From: Eledone cirrhosa
Taxonomy: Eukaryota
NCBI GenBank assembly: GCA_964016885.1
Contig: OZ024765.1
Coordinates: 19,220,001-19,284,000 of the forward strand
Length of the DNA: 64,000 nt
Direction: 5' to 3'
This document shows positions 1 through 12,070 of this stretch, one piece after another. The stretch's first letter is position 1, and the number at the start of each line of letters is the position of its first letter. Below the pieces are notes generated by a model. That model ran no database searches and was not told the origin of the DNA. It saw nothing but the letters and a program-made list of their open reading frames with translations. The position numbers were made by a program, and so were the translations under genes.

Positions 1-27
1 AGCTGGTACTCATTTTTAGCTGATTAT

Positions 28-131
28 GTTCATTTTCCTGGCGTTTGTACATTACCATATGTACTATACATACACTTTTAATGAGTTGTAGTGCACCTGA
101 GCACTGTACACAATATTTTCATTATCATTAT
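28..131 (+). mobile_element. CR1-like LINE 3' UTR fragment
   Basis: tttgtacatt...gagttgtagtgcacctgagcactgtacacaa plus an (ATT)-like tail. The same sequence ends the CR1 remnant at 42500-42608 and recurs at 10195-10280 (-) and 61230-61342. Confidence 0.6.
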
Positions 132-633
132 ACTGGAGCAACGTGAAATGAAGTGTTGTATATTTATGTCATCTTTATAAAGATGGCGTAAAAATACAAC
201 AGGAGGAACATAATAGTACCACTGATGATGTTGCAGATGTGCAACGAAAGAACTTTGTTAGACTATATATATGTGTTTGTGTCTATATTATATCTGTATT
301 TTTGACCATTGGTCAGTCAATGGTAAACATTGAGGACTGAATAAATTAACTGATATAAAAGATACAGAAGCGAAAACCAACCAAACATAGTATGGCAACA
401 CTCATCTTTTTCCATTTCTCCGAGGGTTATAAACCCACTATCAGGCTAGAAATTTCTTTAGTCTAAAATAATTTCAAACTCGCGCACCGTTTCAAAATCA
501 TACTTACATGTTTACGTTTATAATTTGCTTGTATATATACATATATATATATATATACGTAGGTCCCGGGTTGAGTCGGGGATAACCACAGTAAGTAAGG
601 TACTCAATACATGGCAGAGTAACATTTTTTTAT

Positions 634-747
634 TTTATAGAAGGAGCTTCTACAGGACTAGTACTGTTTCATTCAGATGAAATCTTCAGGAAGCTTCCTG
701 AAGATTTCATCTGAATGAAACAGTACTAGTCCTGTAGAAGCTCCTTC

Positions 748-753
<6 letters not shown>
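634..753. repeat. 120-bp perfect spacerless palindrome centred on AAGCTT (691-696)
   Basis: 634-693 is the exact reverse complement of 694-753. Confidence 0.95.
692..742 (+). ncRNA. Type I hammerhead ribozyme motif, family A (mirror copy on minus strand at 645-695)
   Basis: agcttc-CTGAAGA-tttcatctgaat-GAAA-CAG-tactagtc-CTG-TA-gaagct. Stem I is agcttc/gaagct, stem III is ACAG/CTGT and the cleavage triplet is GUA. Stem II is closed by a non-canonical U-U. Confidence 0.7.
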
Positions 754-789
<36 letters not shown>

Positions 790-1359
790 ACAAATATATC
801 AATATGCCCAGACATGTAGATATATTGCCCTTGGTATGACAGTGTGGTTTTAGCTCAATGTAGGATAAAACAATGTATTTCTAAGCACTCTTTGGTTATT
901 CCTATAACTATATATATATAGGTATATATATGTGTATATATATATATATATATATGTGTGTATATATATATATATATTTATATGTGTATATATATATATA
1001 TTTCTATATTCGTTTTTCGTTTTCATTTTTTTTTCAACTTATCGTTTTCGGTATGCCTGACCGATTTAACTCACTCAATATGCAAATTAGGCTGCTCAGC
1101 CGTTAATTTTCATAAGGAAAGTATATACTTTCGAACGTTCAACTATCTGGCAGATGGGTAAACGGTGCTGATGATAGCTAACAAGCTTGAAACTAGTACA
1201 TCGTTCCTGTGTCAGTGTTGAACAAAAAGGTGACGTGGTTGCCTTAACACCGTATGGCATAAATTCAGGCTGTTCAGTTTGTTGACAAACGAACAAAGCA
1301 AGCGCTATAATAAGCGTCTGCTAAACTGATGCGTGCATATATGTATGTGTACCTGCATG

Positions 1360-1402
<43 letters not shown>

Positions 1403-1527
1403 GCTACTGTACGTCTGTATACATATATGTATGTACGTATACATACATACTTACATTTAAGTAAGTGCCATACTAAGAGTGAGAAATGAAATTTCGTTTT
1501 TCGTTTTCATTTTTTTTTCAACTTATA

Positions 1528-1797
1528 TCATCATCATCATCATCATCACCGTTTTACGTCCGTTCTTCCACGCTAGCATGGGTTAGACGGGTTGTCCTGT
1601 TGTGGGCAGTGTCTGGTCGGCTGACCATGCCTTGCTCATACAGGAACTGATCTGGCTTGATTTCTACAGCTGGATGCCCTTCCTAACACCAACCTCATTT
1701 ACAGTGAGTGCTGGGTGCTTTTTCGTGGCGCCTACACGTCCACTTTACAGTGTGGGCTGGGTGCTTTTTTGCCGTGGCACCTCCACGACCACCTTGC
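1528..1797 (-). mobile_element. SINE 3' half with RTE-type tail and (ATG)n end
   Basis: Same body as 8723-9062 and 58417-58747 (gttggtgttaggaagggcatccagctgtagaaatc), ending acccgtctaacccatgctagcgtggaagaacggacgtaaaac-(gat)n. Confidence 0.75.
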
Positions 1798-1827
1798 GGT
1801 GGGGGGGGGGCATATTGTTTATATGCT

Positions 1828-4598
1828 TCAGCATGTACCCATGGGAGGTCGGGTACCCTGTATTACTGCGTGACGCCAGAAGTCACGGTCGTGTGTCATT
1901 GACTTTGAGAGGTGTAGTTGGGTAAGGTCGGCTTTTATCACCTCATCCCAAGTCATCTTGGGTCTCCCCACTCCGCGGTTTCCATCAACTTCTAGTGCTC
2001 TGCACCTTTTTATGCAGCTGTCATCCTTCATACGCATCACATGTCCATACCAGCGTAACCGCCTCTCCTGCACGCAGCATTTGATTCCTCTTATGCTCAG
2101 TCTCTCTCTCAATTCATTTATGCTTTGTCGTTCACGTATATTACTGTTACACATCCATCGGAGCATGCAGGCTTCGTTTCTCTCTAATCTACGTAAGTCT
2201 TCCACCTTCAGCGCCCAGGTCTCACTACCATGCAACATCGCTGTTCGGATACACGCATCATACAGTCTGCCTTTCATTCTGAGGGAGAAGCCTTTTGCAG
2301 CTAGCAGTGGTAGTAGTTCCCTAAACTTCTTCCATCCCGTTCTTACCCTAGTTATTGTACTTTCTGAGCACCCACCTCCGTTGCTAATTCGGTCACCTAG
2401 GTAGCAGAAGCTGTCTACTGTTTCTACAGGGCCCTCCCAGAGATTGGTGGTACTTGTTTCCTGTGGCTGTTTGCTTGCTGTTTCAGCACAGCTGCTGCAT
2501 GTGAATCCTACATTCTTAATTAAGCTTCCTGAGATCCCGCTACATCTCTTGTGTACCCATTGTTTGCATTTGGGGCAAAGAATGGAGTTCCTACCTACAC
2601 CTTTCCTACATACTGAGCAAGGCCATTTCCCTGAGGGGATCTGGGTTCTGTTTTCTCGTCTACTTATAAGGACCTTAGTCTTTGTCATGTTGACTTTGAG
2701 GCCCTTTCTCTCTAGTCCCTGCTTCCAGGTTTGGAATTTATTCTCTAGTTCTACCATAGATTCAGCTATGAGTGCGAGGTCATCAGCATACAGGAGTTCC
2801 CATGGGCATCCGGTCTTAAACTCCTCCGTTATTGCCTGCAGGACTATGATGAACAGGAGAGGGCTAAGAACAGAGCCCTGGTGGACCCCAACCTGTACGC
2901 TAAATTCCTCGCTATACTCATTGCCAATCCTAACTTTGCTGACTGCTCCCCTATACATGGCTTGTACCGCTTTCACAAGCCATTCATCTACTCCTAGTTT
3001 TCTAAGAGCCCACCAGATTACTGCACGTGGAACTCTGTCAAAGGCTTTCTCAAGGTCGACAAATGCCAAGTAGAGTGGCTTACTTTTAGCTAGGTACTTT
3101 TCCTGTAATTGCCTCACAAGGAAGAGCGCATCAGTGGTGCCTTTCCCTGGAACAAACCCAAATTGCATCTCGTCTATATTCACCCGGTCCCTAATCAGCT
3201 GTGCTATAACTCTTTCTGTTACTTTCATGACCTGGTCCATCAACTTTATACCTCTATAGTTTCCTCTATCTAGTGCATCGCCTTTACCTTTGTAGCAGTT
3301 GACAATGATGCTACTGCACCAATCTTTTGGTATGGCCCCCTCTAGTATTACCTGGTTAACGATACGTGTGGTTATAGTGTGACCTACAGACCCAGATGCC
3401 TTCAGCATCTCGGCAGCTATACCCGATGGACCGGTTGCCTTCCCTATCTTCATATCTCTGATTGCCTTACTTACTACGCTGCCGCTGACTTGTACTGCTG
3501 GTCCCTCTATAGGGTCTACGTGGGGTAGGGTCTCTTCTTCCCATGCATTCTCCTCATTTAGTAATCTATCATAATGACTCTTCCATGCATCTTTCTTCTC
3601 AGCACTTGTGAGGGCAAGCTCACCTTTATCATTCCGGATACACTTCTCTCCAATGACATCACAACTATCTCTGACACACTGCCTCGCAATCTTGAATACC
3701 TCCTGTTTCTGGTCCTCACGTTGTAAAACATGCTTGAATTTTCTATCCTCTGCTTCCCTCCTAGCTAAGTATACTTGTCGCCTAGCTTCCCTCTTGGTCT
3801 CTATGTAATGTACCCTGCTCCCCCCGTTCTTCCATTCTTTCCATGCCTGTCTCTTGGCCTTGACTGCTTCATCTACCTTATTGTTCCACCACCAAGTCAC
3901 TCTCCTCCTGCTTGAGGTCTTACTCCAGCCACAAACCTCATCCGTCGCCTCTAGTAAGTTATTTTTTAGGAACTCCCAGTTCTCTTCTACGTTAAATGTC
4001 TCTATCTGTTCTTCTTTACTGTCGTAGGCGTTGAGTAAAATATCTTTAAATCTGTTACTGGTTGAGGGGACTTTCAGCTTCCAGATCTTTCTTCTCCAGG
4101 TTGGCCTCTGTTTCAGGGCTCGTCTAGTTCTGACCGTGAGGTCGCTGACAACTAAGCTATGTTGGGATGTACATTCCTCACTAGGGAAGGCTTTTGTGTT
4201 TACGACCGTCCATCTGTCACGTCCTCTGATGAGGATAAAATCTAACTGACTAGAGTGCTCCCCTGATCTATAGGTGATCAGGTGGTTGTCGGGTTTTTTA
4301 AAGTTTGTGTTACATATCGACATGTCATTGGCGTCGCAGAATTCTAGAAGTCTGAATCCTTCCTCATTCCTTGTGCCAACTCCATGGCCTCCATGTACTC
4401 TATTGAAGCCGTCGCAGTGTTTACCTACGTGTCCGTTAAAATCTCCTGCAATGATTAGGAAGTCCTTGTCGTCTGTTAGAGCAGTAGTGTGTATTAGGGA
4501 CTCGTAAAACCTATCCTTAAGTTCGTCTGGCAGCCCCGATTGGGGTGCGTAAGCTGATATTATTGTGGTAATTGTCTTATTCAGGACTAGTCTGAGTT
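1828..4598 (-). mobile_element. RTE-clade LINE, 5'-truncated, with an uninterrupted ORF (partial APE endonuclease, RT, PHD-like finger)
   Basis: EN motifs SAYAPQ, GDFNGHVG and SQLDFIL; RT motifs KATGPSG, NYRGIKL, QFGF, AFVDLEKAFD, GVHQGSVLSP and LYADD; RTE C-terminus RRLRWYGHVMRM...GRPK. The 5' end runs into an (AT)n tract, so the annotated ATG is spurious. Confidence 0.93.
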
Positions 4599-4634
4599 TA
4601 TATATATTTACATATATGTATATATTTATGTTTG

Positions 4635-4667
<33 letters not shown>

Positions 4668-4702
4668 GTATATATACACGCACATATATATATATTTATG
4701 TT

Positions 4703-4757
<55 letters not shown>

Positions 4758-4794
4758 GTATATATACACGCACATATATATATATTTATGTTTG

Positions 4795-4827
<33 letters not shown>

Positions 4828-4862
4828 GTATATATACACACACATATATATATATTTATGTT

Positions 4863-4903
<41 letters not shown>

Positions 4904-4936
4904 GTATATATACACACACATATATATATTTATGTT

Positions 4937-4986
<50 letters not shown>

Positions 4987-5125
4987 TGTATATATACACA
5001 CACACACACATATATATATACATATAAAAGAAATGAATACAAAGGAATATGTACCGTTAAAACATGTTTATATAACAATGCACCTACGTTCGTTTCACCC
5101 AGAATGGGCTTCTCTTGTTTTCTAT

Positions 5126-5165
5126 GCCCTTGAGAAGCCTGTTCTGGACGAAACATATGTAGGTT
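5126..5165 (+). ncRNA. Degenerate minimal hammerhead motif (U3-A8 core variant), Penelope pLTR-like
   Basis: ccc-TTGAGAA-gcctgttctggac-GAAAC-ATAT-GTA-gg, with a palindromic stem III (ACATATGT). Stems I and II are weak. Confidence 0.4.
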
Positions 5166-5349
5166 TATACTCCTTTGTATTCATTTCTTTTGTAACCGCT
5201 CTTCTGCTTATATTCTTGTCCACTAAATATTAACGCTTCTAATATTTAACCCTGTAGCCACAAGTATTGATCACATTTGCACAAACTATTGGCAACTAAA
5301 AATATATGTATCGCTTATCTTTCCTTTTTTTCTCTCTCTCGATACTTAA

Positions 5350-5434
<85 letters not shown>

Positions 5435-5484
5435 AATGTTTAAGCATCGAGAGAGAGAAAAAAGGAAAGATAAGCGATACATAT

Positions 5485-5516
<32 letters not shown>

Positions 5517-6015
5517 GTATATATATACATATTTATATGTATATATATAAATATATGTATAAATATATATATATATATGTATAGATATATACATATTTAT
5601 ATGTATATATATAAATATATGTATAAATATATACATATTTATATGTATAAATATATACATATTTATATGTATATATATATACATATTTATATGTATATAT
5701 ATATACATATTTATATGTATATATATATACATATTTATATGTATAAATATATACATATTAATATATACATATTTATATGTATATATATATACATATTTAT
5801 ATGTATATATATAAATATATGTATAAATATATATATATATACATATTTATATGTATATATATATACATATTTATATGTATATATATAAATATATGTATAA
5901 ATATATATATATATGTATATATATATATATGTATATATATACATATGTATATGTATATATATATACATATTTATATGTATATATATATACATATTTATAT
6001 GTATATATATATACA

Positions 6016-6066
<51 letters not shown>

Positions 6067-6087
6067 TTATATATATATATATATACA

Positions 6088-6130
<43 letters not shown>

Positions 6131-6161
6131 TTATATATATATATATATATATATACATATT

Positions 6162-6192
<31 letters not shown>

Positions 6193-6654
6193 GTATAAAT
6201 ATATACATATTAATATATACATATTTATATGTATATATATATACATATTTATATGTATATATATATACATATTTATATGTATATATATATACATATTTAT
6301 ATGTATATATATATATACATATATATATGTATATATATATACATATATATATGTATATATATATATATATTATATATATATACATATTTATATGTATATA
6401 TATAAATATATGTATAAATATATATAAATATATATATGTATATATATATATATATATATATACACACTCATATATATATCCACAGCCATATATATCTAGA
6501 GACGAGGGGATGTATCAACTATGTACAACCTCAGGAGACCTAATTAGTTTCAACTTGTAGCAATTCTTCCGTCATTATATCAACATATCATTTTCTATCA
6601 GGACCACACTCCGGTTATATATATATGTATATGTATATGTAGATATATATGTAG

Positions 6655-6715
<61 letters not shown>

Positions 6716-6823
6716 TTTGTATATATATATATGTATATATATATATGTAGATATATATATATATAGATATATATATATATGTATATATATATATGTATAT
6801 ATATATATGTATATATATATATG

Positions 6824-6891
<68 letters not shown>

Positions 6892-6942
6892 CATATATAT
6901 ATATATACTTATAGATATAGATATATATATACATATATATAC

Positions 6943-6973
<31 letters not shown>

Positions 6974-7048
6974 CTTATACATATACATATATATATATAC
7001 ATATATATACATATATATATATATACATATATATACATATATATGAGG

Positions 7049-7265
7049 AACGATCGACTTTCGTCAAATCGGACCGAGGGAACAATGTTTCCGTTGGTCT
7101 TTCCAATTGCTAATACTATCTATCGGTCGCAACTCCAGGTAGAAGGAGCAACGTGAAATAAAGTGTCTTGCTCAAGGACATAACGCATCACCTGGTCCAG
7201 GAATCGAACTCACAACCTTACGATTGCGAATCCAATTCTCTAACCACTCAGCCACACGCCTTCAC
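7049..7265 (-). mobile_element. tRNA-derived SINE (CORE-like gtccttgagcaagacact domain)
   Basis: Reverse complement of 11086-11302 with one mismatch seen; A-box-like tggctgagtggttag and B-box-like gagttcgattcc. Confidence 0.85.
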
Positions 7266-7317
<52 letters not shown>

Positions 7318-7326
7318 ATATACATA

Positions 7327-7370
<44 letters not shown>

Positions 7371-7414
7371 CATATATTTATATATATATATATATATACA
7401 TATATATATACATA

Positions 7415-7508
<94 letters not shown>

Positions 7509-7546
7509 TTTATATATATATATATATATACATATATATATACATA

Positions 7547-7594
<48 letters not shown>

Positions 7595-7596
7595 TT

Positions 7597-7644
<48 letters not shown>

Positions 7645-7968
7645 CATATAAATATGTATATATTTATACATATATTTATATATATATAAATATATATATA
7701 TATATAAATACATATATATATATATACATATAAATATGTATATATATTTATACATATATTTATATATATATAAATATATATATATATATAAATACATATA
7801 TATATATATACATATAAATATGTATATATTTATACATATATTTATATATATATAAATATATATATATATATAAATACATATAAATATATATACATATATT
7901 TATATAAATGTATATACATATATTTATATATATATATAGATAGATATATATATAAATACATATACATA

Positions 7969-8048
<80 letters not shown>

Positions 8049-8722
8049 CATATAAATATGTATATATTTATACATATATTTATATATATATATATATATA
8101 TTTATACATATATTTATATATATATATATATATATATATAAATATATATACATATATATGCATATATTTATATATATTTATACATATTCATATGTATATA
8201 TATATAAATATATATTCATATATATACATATATATATATATGTATATAAATATAGTTATATATACACACACACATATATATATATATATTAATAAGGTTA
8301 TATATATGCATATGTGCATATATATATAGCTTATATATATTTATATTTCATTTGTCTCATATATATAAATGTATATATATATACACTCACACATAAACAC
8401 ATGTGTATGTATGGGTGTATATATCTGTGTGTGTATATATGTCAGTGTGTGTGTGTATATGTCAGTATGTATGTGTATATGTCAGTCTGTGTGTGTGTAT
8501 ATGTCAGTGTGTGTGTGTGTATGTCAGTGTGTGTGTGTATATGTCAGTATGTATGCGTATATGTCAGTGTGTGTGTATATGTCAGTGTGCGTGTGTGTAT
8601 GTCAGTGTGTGTGTGTATATGTCAGTATGTATGTGTATATGTCAGTGTGTGTGTGTATATGTCAGTGTGTGTATATATGTGTCAGTGTGTGTGTGTATGT
8701 CAGTATGTATGTATATGTATAT

Positions 8723-9062
8723 GGACCGGGTGATGTGTTGTTTCCTTGAGCAAGACACTTTATTTCACATTGCTCCAGTATACTCAGTTGTAGAAATGAG
8801 ATGATAGGGACTGGGGTCCCTATCATTCCACTGCAAAGTGGTCGTGGAGGTGCCACGGAAAAAAAGCACCCAGCACTCACTGTAAATGAGGTTGGTGTTA
8901 GGAAGGGCATCCAGCTGTAGAAATCAAGCCAGAATCCGTTCCCGTATGAGCAAGGCATGGTCAGCCGACCTAACATTGCCCACAACAGGACAACCTGTCT
9001 AACCCATGCTAGCGTGGAAGATCGGACGTAAAACGGTGATGATGATGATGATGATGATGATG
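8723..9062 (+). mobile_element. Headless SINE with RTE-type tail
   Basis: CORE-like domain, shared body and acctgtctaacccatgctagc...(gat)n tail. Confidence 0.8.
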
Positions 9063-9084
9063 TCAGTGTGTGTATGTGTGTATG

Positions 9085-9284
9085 NNNNNNNNNNNNNNNN
9101 NNNNNNNNNNNNNNNNNNNNNNNNNNNNNNNNNNNNNNNNNNNNNNNNNNNNNNNNNNNNNNNNNNNNNNNNNNNNNNNNNNNNNNNNNNNNNNNNNNNN
9201 NNNNNNNNNNNNNNNNNNNNNNNNNNNNNNNNNNNNNNNNNNNNNNNNNNNNNNNNNNNNNNNNNNNNNNNNNNNNNNNNNNNN
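9085..9284. other. Assembly gap (200 N)
   Basis: Run of N. Confidence 1.
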
Positions 9285-9660
9285 GGACAACCAGAACGGC
9301 TTCAGAGAGGGAAGATCAACCAGGAGTCACATGCTGATGCTGAGGAGGATATTAGAGGGAGCTAGAGCAAAGAGCCTTCCTGTTGTCATGGTTTTCATTG
9401 ACTTTAGGAAGGCTTTGATTCTGAGGAGTGTTACTGCCTGATGAAGATCTTACAGGCTTATGGAATCCCCAAGAAGATAGTGGACCTGATATCACTGCTC
9501 TACACCAACACCAAATCCCTGATGGGATGACAGAGTTCTTTGAGATACTGGCTGGAGTGCTCCAGGGATATACATTGGCTCCTTACCTTTTTATCATCGC
9601 AGTGGACTATTGTATATGCCTTGCGCTGGAGAAACACCTTGCCTCTGACTTTACTGTAAC
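9285..9660 (+). pseudogene. Degenerate RTE-like reverse transcriptase fragment
   Basis: NQNGFREGRST...LRRILEG...VFIDFRKA and AGVLQGYTLAPYLFII in shifted frames. Confidence 0.8.
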
Positions 9661-9968
9661 ACTGTATTTGCGGGGGGGTCATATTGTTGTAATATTGCCA
9701 GAAATAATAACAAAACACACTCACTGTTTGGTTTGGGTTAGTTTTCGCTTCTGTATATTTTATATCTCCATAGTTAATTTAGCTGGCATTCAATGTTTAT
9801 CATTGATTGACCAACGGTTAAAAATACAGATATATATATATATATATAGTGTACCAAAGTTCTTTCATCACACATCTGTGACATCATCAGTGGTACTATT
9901 ATGTTTTCTACCATTGTATTGTAATGTCTATTCTATTTTTTATTTACTTATTTATTCTTGTCTTTGTA

Positions 9969-10100
9969 TGCGCAACTCCAGGTAGAAGGAGCAACCATAA
10001 AGTCTCTTGCTCAAGGACATAACACATCGCCCGGTCCAGGAAATGAACTCACAACCTCAAGATTGCGAATCCAATTCTCTAACCACTCAGCCACACACCT
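9969..10100 (-). mobile_element. Partial CORE-like SINE copy
   Basis: Matches the head of 11086-11302 in reverse. Confidence 0.75.
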
Positions 10101-10466
10101 TATATATAAGTCTGGTGATTCAGTAGATTTGTAGTTTACTGAGGAAGGTACCAACGTCAGCACTCTCTGCTATGGCAGAGTGGATATGATATAATATAAT
10201 AAAAAATTATTGTGTACAGTGCTCAGGTGCACTACAACTCATCAAAGGTGCATGTAAAGTACATAGAATAATGTACAAATGTACAAATATATTAAGAACA
10301 AATTGATGTTTCAAATCAAATTCAATGTTTTTCATTAGAAGTATGGTAATGAAAGTGTTTATATTTATCTAAAAAATTTTCATAAAAATTTTCTGCAAGA
10401 ACCTTTGTTAAGTTATTTTCCAAATGCCAGGTAAATAATACCAAAGTGGGTTATATTACTAAATAA

Positions 10467-10661
10467 GGGCGGTGAATTGGCAGTATCGGTAGAGGGTCGG
10501 ACGCCATGCTTTGATGCAAAGAGTTACGGCCCTTGCTTGCCATTCTGAGTTCAAATCCCGCCTAGGTTAACTTTGCCCTTCATCCTTACGGGGTCGATAA
10601 AATAAAGTACCAGTAATGCACTGGAATAATTGCTGGCCTTGTGCCAAAAGTAGAAACAATT
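10467..10661 (+). mobile_element. tRNA-derived SINE with Meta-domain-like core (family M)
   Basis: B-box-like gagttcaaatcc followed by ctttgcccttcatccttacggggtcgataaaataaagtaccag. Other copies: 12208-12389(-), 16346-16807(+), 22612-22768(+), 27443-28016(-), 44405-44596(-), 48836-48933(-), 59028-59213(+). Confidence 0.8.
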
Positions 10662-10777
10662 ACTAAATACCTCAAAATTCTTAATTATTTCCAAAATGAT
10701 CTGAAAACCAGAGGCAGTATTTTTCATTAGAAAAGGTAGAGAAATGTTAAAGTGTTTATATTCACCATCGCAGTTAC

Positions 10778-10850
10778 ATGTTCAATCCCTTCTTTAATTG
10801 GTGCCACATTGAAACGTCTTTTACAACAGGAACTCTCATTTTTCCGGCTA
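10778..10850 (-). CDS. HGSNAT: HGSNAT-like probable exon 6 (73 nt, phase 2 to 0): SRKNESSCCKRRFNVAPIKEGIEH
   Basis: ttaacag acceptor and gtaact donor; frame continues from exon 5. Phases and size match human exon 6 (70 nt), but the peptide itself is not recognisably conserved. Confidence 0.6.
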
Positions 10851-10947
10851 CTGTTAACATAGAGTAGAAAATATAACATAAATGTTGGCTCATATATATG
10901 TGTGTGTGTAATATATAAGATCAAAAGATGGTTAAAAGAGTTCCATG

Positions 10948-11018
10948 TATTTTATTATGCGCATTTCAAAAACAAATATCATCATGCAATAACATTTGTG
11001 ATTTCATCAGATAAAATA
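10948..11018 (-). ncRNA. Minimal hammerhead ribozyme motif, family B, sense to HGSNAT
   Basis: Minus strand: tattttat-CTGATGA-long stem II-GAAA-TGCGCA-TA-ataaaata, with an 8-bp stem I and palindromic stem III. Confidence 0.7.
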
Positions 11019-11085
11019 GGAAGACATGATATGAACGTTAAAAACACTTGTGGATAGTGCAGTTTTAATATACATATATATATAT

Positions 11086-11302
11086 GTGAAGGCGTGTGGC
11101 TGAGTGGTTAGAGAATTGGATTCGCAATCGTAAGGTTGTGAGTTCGATTCCTGGACCAGGCGATGCGTTATGTCCTTGAGCAAGACACTTTATTTCACGT
11201 TGCTCCTTCTACCTGGAGTTGCGACCGATAGATAGTATTAGCAATTGGAAAGACCAACGGAAACATTGTTCCCTCGGTCCGATTTGACGAAAGTCGATCG
11301 TT
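11086..11302 (+). mobile_element. tRNA-derived CORE-like SINE
   Basis: A- and B-box-like head; near-identical to 7049-7265 in inverted orientation. Confidence 0.85.
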
Positions 11303-11935
11303 AGAAAAAAAAATATATATATATACACACATATATATAGATATAGATATATATATATATATCATGCTTTATTTTTATTTTTTATCTTTATTTTTTTTTT
11401 TTCATTCGCACTGTTTCCTTTCGCTATATGTCTCTCCACCACTCCCCTACACACCTTTTGAACTCTGTTCCCACACACTTCTCACCTGAGGAAGGGCTTA
11501 TGCCCGAAACGTCGTCCCCCACCTACCCCCCACTCTCCTGAGCGTGAAATTAATAAACATTTATTGTACTGCCTCTCTGTTTTGTCCCTGTTCAAATTTT
11601 TCCATTATATATATATATATATAAAGTATTAAAAAAATAATGAATAAAACAATGAAACAGTTCCTTATATTAAACAAAAAAAGTTCATTATTTAACGATC
11701 GTTTCTAGGACATATATGTGTTAGAATTGGCATGTATATTTAACAGATCTATGTACAAAATTATACAAAATTATACAAACTATCAAATATAATATACATA
11801 CCAACACATATATATGCCGTCTTCAGAAATAATGAAATATATTTATTGATAATAACAACAATTCAAAATTACAGGTCTGTTTGGGAACAGAGTTCAAATT
11901 GACCAATGAAATACACAAAAATATATATATATAAC

Positions 11936-12070
11936 TAAGGAAGTGTGGTAAGGAACCAGGTGAGCCATAACGCACCAGAGTACTCAATACTTTGGGTAGT
12001 AGAGTGGTTAATAGGAAAAAGTTTAACACTGGCAGCAGAGCTCAAGTCGTTTCGGCAGCTATTTCTGGAC
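11936..12070. mobile_element. Dispersed Penelope-pLTR-like repeat (also 21943-22072, 23832-23998, 47532-47680)
   Basis: Shared aaggaaccag...ccataacgcaccagagtactcaatactt segment in 4 copies, AT-flanked. The 3' half of a hammerhead (GAAACGGC...GCCGTC) is intact in the 23.9 kb and 47.6 kb copies and partial in the others. Confidence 0.5.

Larger units (their letters stand above)
4598..8350. repeat. Compound (AT)n/(ATAC)n microsatellite fields with short unique or TE islands
   Basis: Direct inspection: 4598-5025, 5356-6465, 6617-7043, 7265-8350. Confidence 0.95.

Noticed and set aside
400-455. Possible minus-strand exon PDSGFITLGEMEKDE
   Set aside because: No convincing donor and no RLxSLDxFRG motif expected for exon 7.
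4565-8804. Many YI/CV-rich ORFs (also 12510-14270, 32320-34157, 36554-37441)
   Set aside because: Translations of AT/TG microsatellites with no coding signal.
11090-11160. tRNA genes at SINE heads
   Set aside because: A/B-box-like heads run into SINE bodies and do not form full cloverleaves.
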